Below are positions 54,313-59,646 of a DNA stretch of 59,646 nucleotides, piece after piece; within the stretch, counting starts at the first letter, position 1; every line of letters begins with the position of its first letter. A program made the translations under genes and the position numbers. A model generated the notes under the pieces. It was not told the origin of the DNA, searched no databases, and saw nothing but the letters and a program-made list of their open reading frames with translations. Source of the DNA: Candidatus Parcubacteria bacterium (GTDB lineage: Bacteria > Patescibacteriota > Patescibacteriia > CAIXNZ01); contig JAPLYC010000075.1 in assembly GCA_026395755.1 (NCBI GenBank), forward strand, positions 1 through 59,646, given 5' to 3'.

Positions 54313-55569
54313 ATGGCCAGGCTACTTTTGAGAAACGGAGATTTGGTCGATCCGGTATCCGGCAGTATTCGCCAAAGGGATATCTGGATTGACAACGGCA
54401 GAGTCATTAAGATCGGGCTTAGCCGAGCAACTCGCCAGAGAATAGTCGTCGATGACGGCACATGCGAGGAAATTGACTGCGAAGGACTTTTAGTTGTCCC
54501 CGGCCTGATTGACATGCATGTGCATTTCCGTACTCCTGGCCAGGAACACAAGGAATCTTTGGCCACGGGTAGCATGGCAGCCTTGGCTGGCGGATTTACA
54601 TCTGTTGTCTGCATGGCCAATACTAAGCCGGTGATTGATAATGAAGAAAAGCTTAATAAGCTTTTTATCCTGGCTGAAAACGAAGCCTTAGTCAATATAC
54701 TTCAGGTTGCCGCCGTAACCAGCGGCAGGCAAGGGAAGGAATTAACAGAAATTTGGAAGCTATTTTTAGATGGTGCAGCAGCTTTTTCTGATGACGGAGA
54801 TGGCATTCAGGATCCCGCCATTTTGAGTCAGGCAATCAAGGAATTCGTCGGATATAAAAAACCGATATTACTTCATTGCCAGGATAATAGGTTTGACACC
54901 TATGACAAACGGGCGGAAATCCATGACGTATCCCTGGTTATCCGGTGTGCAGAATCCTGTAATGCTCCGATTCACATTCAGCATGTTTCCTGCGCTGAAT
55001 CAGTGCAGCTGATCCGCGAAGCCAAAGCCAGGGGCGTTAAAGTCACCTGTGAGACAGCGCCGCATTATATGGCATTGACCCAACGCGATTTTAAGCGAAT
55101 TGGCGTTAATGCCATGATGAATCCGCCTTTAAGAGGTAATGCTGACCGCGATGCAGTTATTCAGGGTTTGGTCGATGGCACGATTGATGTGATTGCCACT
55201 GATCATGCGCCGCATACTGATAAGGAGAAAAAAAGCGACAAGCCTCCTTTTGGCATAATTGGATTGGAAACAGCTGTACCAGTGGTTCTCTCAGTTCTGC
55301 AACGACATCTATCGTTGCCTGAGATTTTTGCCAAGATGACAATCAATCCGGCCAGGATTTTGGGACTGGAGCAAAAAGGATTGATCCATGAAGGTTGGCC
55401 GGCTGATATCACGGTCATTGATCTTAAAAAGCGCAAAGCGCTGGAAGCTAAGGATTTGCAGTCAAAGTCACAAAACAGTCCTTGGCTTGGCAAACGGATG
55501 CAAGGCTGGCCAGTGATGACTATTCACAATGGCAAAATCATGATGAGAGAGGGTAAAATAATCCTCTAA
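54313..55569 (+). CDS. pyrC: Dihydroorotase
   Basis: PGLIDMHVHFRTPG; M.NTKP; TCETAPHY; MNPPLR; ATDHAPH. Confidence 0.96.
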   Translation: MARLLLRNGDLVDPVSGSIRQRDIWIDNGRVIKIGLSRATRQRIVVDDGTCEEIDCEGLLVVPGLIDMHVHFRTPGQEHKESLATGSMAALAGGFTSVVCMANTKPVIDNEEKLNKLFILAENEALVNILQVAAVTSGRQGKELTEIWKLFLDGAAAFSDDGDGIQDPAILSQAIKEFVGYKKPILLHCQDNRFDTYDKRAEIHDVSLVIRCAESCNAPIHIQHVSCAESVQLIREAKARGVKVTCETAPHYMALTQRDFKRIGVNAMMNPPLRGNADRDAVIQGLVDGTIDVIATDHAPHTDKEKKSDKPPFGIIGLETAVPVVLSVLQRHLSLPEIFAKMTINPARILGLEQKGLIHEGWPADITVIDLKKRKALEAKDLQSKSQNSPWLGKRMQGWPVMTIHNGKIMMREGKIIL

Positions 55570-55576
55570 ACAGCAA

Positions 55577-55602
55577 GGGTGCTCGCAAGAGTGCCCTTTT
55601 TT
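55577..55602 (+). terminator. Intrinsic terminator
   Basis: AGGGTGCTC-GCAA-GAGTGCCCT followed by T-tract. Confidence 0.8.
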
Positions 55603-55607
55603 AAATA

Positions 55608-55711
55608 CGTCAATCGCTTTTCGGTATCGGTTTCCGTTACGTTTATCGTTTTACGTTTAACGAAACGAACTTCGATAACCGATTGACGAAAAACCAATTT
55701 ATTGCTAAGGT
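55608..55711 (+). repeat. CG-periodic inverted repeat element ending in a -35 box, plus promoter
   Basis: CGTCAATCG...CGATTGACG with internal CGTTA/CGTTT/AACG units; TTGACG-17-TAAGGT. Confidence 0.65.
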
Positions 55712-55762
55712 TTGGGTACAAAAAGTTATTTGAAAAATCAAGATAAAGAGGAGGAAATCAAG

Positions 55763-56575
55763 ATGGAACAAGAGAAAACTCAGGTTTGTGAGGCTGTCGT
55801 GGTTTCTAATAAACCAAAAGCAAAGGATATCTGGGAATTAAAATTAGACCCAGGTGATGATTTTGATGTTACTGCTTTTTTGCCCGGCCAGTTTGTCTGC
55901 TTGGCTCCTTTGGATTCGAGCTCAACCATGGCCAGGCCTTTCAGTATTGCCAATATCAGTACTTCTAACGGCACTTTTTTTGTGCTGTATAAAGTCATTG
56001 GCAAAAACACGGAACTAATGACCAAGCTGGCATCGGGAGATAAAGTAAAATTCTGGGGACCTTTGGGGCAAGGATTTTTACCTTGTTCTTCTCCAGATCC
56101 TGATTATGACGAAGTTTGGCTGGTGGGCGGAGGAATTGGGATAGCGCCGCTGATTTTCTTCGAAAAGGTAATGACAGAATATCAGGATCGCCTTGTTAGG
56201 GTTTTTTACGGTAATAAAACCAAGGATGAAATCATCCCTTTGGATTTATATACCCAGGAGCCTTTGACCATTACTACCGATGACGGTTCAGCAGGCTATA
56301 AAGGCTTTGTGAGTGATGTCTTTGCAAGTTTTATTCAAGCAGCAAAGAATGAAAAGATTCTGGTCATCACCTGCGGTCCTAATGTGATGATGGCTAAGGT
56401 TGCAGAACTTTGCGAGCAAGCAGGGATTGAATGCCAGGTCATACTGGAGACTGTCATGGCCTGCGGTTTGGGCGTATGCTTGGGATGTTCAATCAAGACG
56501 GCTTCTGGCATGAAACGAATTTGTCATGATGGGCCGGTTTTTCCAGCAAAGGAGGTCTGGGATGTTCTCAGTTAA
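55763..56575 (+). CDS. pyrK: Dihydroorotate dehydrogenase electron transfer subunit
   Basis: PGQFV; RPFSI; GPLGQGF; GGGIGIAPL; CGP; MACGLGVCLGC...C.DGPVF. Confidence 0.95.
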   Translation: MEQEKTQVCEAVVVSNKPKAKDIWELKLDPGDDFDVTAFLPGQFVCLAPLDSSSTMARPFSIANISTSNGTFFVLYKVIGKNTELMTKLASGDKVKFWGPLGQGFLPCSSPDPDYDEVWLVGGGIGIAPLIFFEKVMTEYQDRLVRVFYGNKTKDEIIPLDLYTQEPLTITTDDGSAGYKGFVSDVFASFIQAAKNEKILVITCGPNVMMAKVAELCEQAGIECQVILETVMACGLGVCLGCSIKTASGMKRICHDGPVFPAKEVWDVLS

Positions 56576-57479
56576 TCTAAGCGTGGAAATAGCCGGCATC
56601 AGATTGAAAAATCCGATCATGCCGGCATCAGGTACGTTTGGCAACGGAGAAGAATTTGCCTATCTTCAAGGCATGGATCTTGGACGGTTAGGCGCTTTGG
56701 TTACCAAGGGTACAACCTTGGAACCGCGAGCAGGTAATCCTCAGCCGCGCATCCGGGAAACAGCAAGCGGTATGATTAATTTCATTGGTTTGGAAAATCC
56801 CGGCGTGGAAGTTCTGATCAATGATAAGTTTCCGTTCATGTCCCAGTTTGGAGTGCCGATCATTGTCAATGTGTCCGGCTTTACACTTCAGGAATATGTC
56901 CGGATGGCGCAAAGACTTGATCAGGTAGCTTATGTTGCGGGTTTGGAAATTAATATTTCCTGCCCCAATGTCGAAGGCGGCAGAATCCCATTTGGCAGTG
57001 ATGCGATCATTGCTGCCAATGTGGTTCAAGCCGTACGCAAGGTGACGAAACTGCCCTTGATTGTAAAGCTGACTCCGAACGTGACTGACATTGTCCCCAT
57101 TGCCAAAGCAGTGGAAGATGCCGGCGCAGATGCGATTTCCATGATCAACACGGTTCGGGGAGTATTTTTGGATAAAGGAAAAATTATCCAGGGCGGACTT
57201 TCCGGACCGGCGATCAAGCCGATTGCCTTGTGCCTGATTAATCAGGTGGCTCAAACCGTCAATGTGCCGATTATCGGCATGGGCGGCATTAGCTCCTTGC
57301 AGGATGTTTTTGACTTTTTCCAGGTGGGCGCTTCAGCCGTAGCAATCGGTACAGCGAATTTCAAAAATCCGCTGATCATGATGCAGCTGATTGACCAGTT
57401 GGAAAAATATTGTGTGGAACACGGGTTGGAAAACATTGACCAAGTCAAAGAGAAAATAAAAGGAGGAAAAGGAAGATGA
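56562..57479 (+). CDS. pyrD: Dihydroorotate dehydrogenase (family 1B) catalytic subunit
   Basis: KNPIMPASGTFG; GNPQPRI; EINISCPNV; KLTPNV; GGLSGPAIKP. Confidence 0.96.
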   Translation: MFSVNLSVEIAGIRLKNPIMPASGTFGNGEEFAYLQGMDLGRLGALVTKGTTLEPRAGNPQPRIRETASGMINFIGLENPGVEVLINDKFPFMSQFGVPIIVNVSGFTLQEYVRMAQRLDQVAYVAGLEINISCPNVEGGRIPFGSDAIIAANVVQAVRKVTKLPLIVKLTPNVTDIVPIAKAVEDAGADAISMINTVRGVFLDKGKIIQGGLSGPAIKPIALCLINQVAQTVNVPIIGMGGISSLQDVFDFFQVGASAVAIGTANFKNPLIMMQLIDQLEKYCVEHGLENIDQVKEKIKGGKGR

Positions 57480-58270
57480 AAAGGCCGAGAGGAAAAGAAC
57501 GGATTATTGTGGCACTGGATGTGCCGGATTTGGATCGGGCCGGCAATCTGGTTAAGGAGTTGGCTCAGCACGTGGGCATGTTCAAGGTTGGCTTGTACTT
57601 GATCACGTCAGTCGGCTTACCGCAAATCATGGCCTGGTTTAAGAAACAGGGCTGTGATGCCGGCCAAGTGTTCGTTGACAATAAGCTTCACGACATTCCC
57701 CATACCATTGGCACGGCTGCCAGGAAGATTTCAGAATTTAGCGTGGGTATGCTTAATGTTCACGCCAGCAGCGGCTTGGACGGAATGATCGAAGCTGTTG
57801 AGAACTCCAAGTCAGTCAGACCTGATACGGGCGGACCCGAGCAGTATCGTGACACTCTGGTTCTGGCCGTTACTGTGTTGACTTCACATGAAGAAAATGC
57901 AGCCCATCTGATTTTTGGCAGTCCGACCAAAGCCAAGGTGCTGGAATTCGCTCTCTGGGCCAAGCTGGCTGGCTGCGATGGCATAATCTGTTCGCCCCAG
58001 GAACTGGCTATTTTGCGGGCGCAGAGCGTGCTGAAAGACATGTTACTGGTCACTCCAGGCGTGAGGCCAGAATACGCGGCAGCAGGTGATCAGAAGCGCA
58101 TTATGACTCCTGGCGAGGCGGTCAAGGCCGGAGCCGATTATTTAGTGATTGGCCGACCCATCATCAATCCGCCCAATAACATTGGCAGCCCCATGGAGGC
58201 CGCGCAACTGATCGCTGAGGAAATCGAAAAGGCCGAGCAGGAAATGGCCAAGAAAAAAGACGAAGATTAA
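57476..58270 (+). CDS. pyrF: Orotidine-5'-phosphate decarboxylase
   Basis: IIVALD; D.KLHDIP.T; VTVLTS; TPGVRP; DQKR..TP; VIGRPI. Confidence 0.96.
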   Translation: MKRPRGKERIIVALDVPDLDRAGNLVKELAQHVGMFKVGLYLITSVGLPQIMAWFKKQGCDAGQVFVDNKLHDIPHTIGTAARKISEFSVGMLNVHASSGLDGMIEAVENSKSVRPDTGGPEQYRDTLVLAVTVLTSHEENAAHLIFGSPTKAKVLEFALWAKLAGCDGIICSPQELAILRAQSVLKDMLLVTPGVRPEYAAAGDQKRIMTPGEAVKAGADYLVIGRPIINPPNNIGSPMEAAQLIAEEIEKAEQEMAKKKDED

Positions 58271-58289
58271 ACAAGGAGAAAAACTCCAA

Positions 58290-58320
58290 AGGGATTCCCA
58301 ACAGGGAGTCCCTTTTTTCT
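58290..58320 (+). terminator. Intrinsic terminator
   Basis: AGGGATTCCC-AACA-GGGAGTCCCT followed by T-tract. Confidence 0.8.
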
Positions 58321-58322
58321 TT

Positions 58323-58426
58323 CGTCAATCGTTATTCGGTAACGATGCTCGTTTCGATAGTCGGTAAACGTTAAACGTAACGGAAACCGATTGACGTTTG
58401 ACGGATAACGAAGGGTTTGATAAGGT
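58323..58426 (+). repeat. Second CG-periodic inverted repeat element plus promoter
   Basis: CGTCAATCG...TAAACGTAACGGAAACCGATTGACG; TTGACG-17-TAAGGT at 58398-58426. Confidence 0.65.
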
Positions 58427-58480
58427 GGAGGAAATCAGGGATTGGTCCTTACAAAAACAAGAAAGAAAAGGAGGAAAGCG

Positions 58481-59242
58481 ATGAAAGAATTAGCGGTTGT
58501 TGAGACCGTGAAAAACGGAGGCGTCTTTGCGCTAAACCCGAGTGACTTTGAAGGGCGGCGTATGACTATCAACGAGGTGGTGGCGATTTTGAGCGCCTTT
58601 GATGCCTTTTGGCAATATCAGGGCGATCCTTGTGCTCAAAAGCCTCATGCCCTGTTGAAATCAGGTAAACACAGCAACGGATTCATCATGACCAAGTCGG
58701 CATTGGAATATCCAAAGCTATGCATGATCTTTGCCCATGAAATGCTGAAAGTCATTGAAAAGAGAATTTTCCCAGATGCTATGCCGAAAATAGGCTTTGT
58801 GGCTTGCTCTGCGTATTCGGCTCTCAATTTGGGTTACAGCCTGGCTTTAATTATCGGGGAAAAATACAACATCCCCGTCAGACATGTCATCGTAGAGAAA
58901 GATGACAAGGGAAATCCCACAATCATCCGAGGCGGAATTGATGCTCAGCTGCAAGGCTTGATAATCAATGAACTGATGACCACTGGCGGCGGCAGTACCT
59001 GGGAAACAAGGGATGCAGTTTTAAAAAGCAATAGCCAAAATTCACCGCCGTATGTGATGACGCCAGCCTTTGTATTGATTCACAGGTCTGCGGATTGGCT
59101 CTTGTCCGACCAGACAAAAGTGGAAGCAGTTTTCCATTTCGACATCAAAAATTTCACGCTGGAAGAATGTCCTTATTGCAAAGCAGGGTCTGAAGCTATC
59201 AAGCCTAAAGTCGGAGACAACTGGAAAAAGCTCACGGCCTAA
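58481..59242 (+). CDS. pyrE: Divergent orotate phosphoribosyltransferase-like protein
   Basis: HALLKSGKHSNGF; PRPP-loop variant LIINELMTTGGGST; C-terminal ECPYCKAG...KP; position after pyrF. Confidence 0.7.
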   Translation: MKELAVVETVKNGGVFALNPSDFEGRRMTINEVVAILSAFDAFWQYQGDPCAQKPHALLKSGKHSNGFIMTKSALEYPKLCMIFAHEMLKVIEKRIFPDAMPKIGFVACSAYSALNLGYSLALIIGEKYNIPVRHVIVEKDDKGNPTIIRGGIDAQLQGLIINELMTTGGGSTWETRDAVLKSNSQNSPPYVMTPAFVLIHRSADWLLSDQTKVEAVFHFDIKNFTLEECPYCKAGSEAIKPKVGDNWKKLTA

Positions 59243-59254
59243 TCTGATTTTAAA

Positions 59255-59283
59255 AAAACCGCTTGAAGAACTCGAGCGGTTTT
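59255..59283. terminator. Bidirectional terminator
   Basis: AAAACCGCTTGA..TCGAGCGGTTTTT. Confidence 0.7.
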
Positions 59284-59304
59284 ATAATTGAAGTGAGAAA
59301 TTTA

Positions 59305-59646
59305 TTATTCTTGTGCGAGTTCAATTAATTTATCAAGAAATTGAGGATAGGTGTATCCGGCTGCCTTAGCAGCTTTAGGAACCAGAGAAGTTGCGGTTTG
59401 ACCGGGGATGGTATTTATTTCCAGAAAATATATTTGGTTATCAGGACTTAATATCAAATCAGTGCGTGAAAGACCGCGACAGCCTAAAATCTCATGAGCT
59501 TTCAGCCCAATAGCTTGCATCTGTCTGGTCAGTTCCTCGGAAATTTGCGCCGGACAAATTTCTTGAGCGCCGTTTTGGGAATATTTGGAGTCATAATCAA
59601 AGAAATTATTCTTAGGGATAATTTCAATGGTCGGTAATGCTTGAGG
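59305..59646 (-). CDS. ddl: D-alanine--D-alanine ligase, C-terminal part (truncated by window)
   Basis: FFDYDSKY; LGCRGLSRTD; LEINTIPG.T.TSLVPKAA. Confidence 0.92.
   Translation of the reverse strand, partial: PQALPTIEIIPKNNFFDYDSKYSQNGAQEICPAQISEELTRQMQAIGLKAHEILGCRGLSRTDLILSPDNQIYFLEINTIPGQTATSLVPKAAKAAGYTYPQFLDKLIELAQE

Noticed and set aside
54021..54695. 224-aa minus-strand ORF, and similar long antisense ORFs at 3979..4521, 56688..57254 and 53479..53955
   Set aside because: Shadows of well-supported plus-strand genes; no motifs.
1..59646. CRISPR array or cas genes
   Set aside because: No run of identical 23-47 bp repeats with unique spacers. The periodic tracts are short degenerate units, and the pilin repeats are coding.

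Overview
Chromosomal segment of a low-GC bacterium, most likely Patescibacteria/CPR of the Parcubacteria/ABY1 type. This is inferred from the missing rpmD in the spc operon, the type IV pilus cluster, CPR-type repeat surface proteins, extended r-proteins and SD-less core genes; the standard code fits (TGA = stop). From left to right: the 3' part of a giant tail-fibre-like surface protein; LytR_C, four-helix-bundle and poly-Gly surface genes; ndk; a REP-flanked RAYT transposase; two apparently leaderless leader-peptide attenuators; a 6S-like RNA; a type IV pilus operon with an 858-aa pilin-adhesin; an L,D-transpeptidase; two tRNA-Pro genes bracketing an accessory block with a second RAYT; the str operon split by about 5 kb between fusA and tuf; the S10/spc operons through secY-adk-map; SRAP, ruvX and recO; a de novo pyrimidine cluster (pyrB, C, K, D, F, E-like); and the end of ddl. 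The most novel-looking system is at 9389-10986. A Leu-rich and a Val-rich leader peptide each have complete terminator/antiterminator geometry but sit upstream of no biosynthetic genes. The Leu leader precedes two Zn-ribbon microproteins. The Val leader precedes three non-canonical tRNA-like genes, the first with a Val AAC anticodon. Also notable: inverted heptamer-repeat cassettes that are either full (four-helix-bundle gene) or empty, full and empty RAYT/REP elements, and amphipathic membrane-targeting-like tails on the exit-tunnel proteins L22 and L23. All calls were made by eye; no searches were run.
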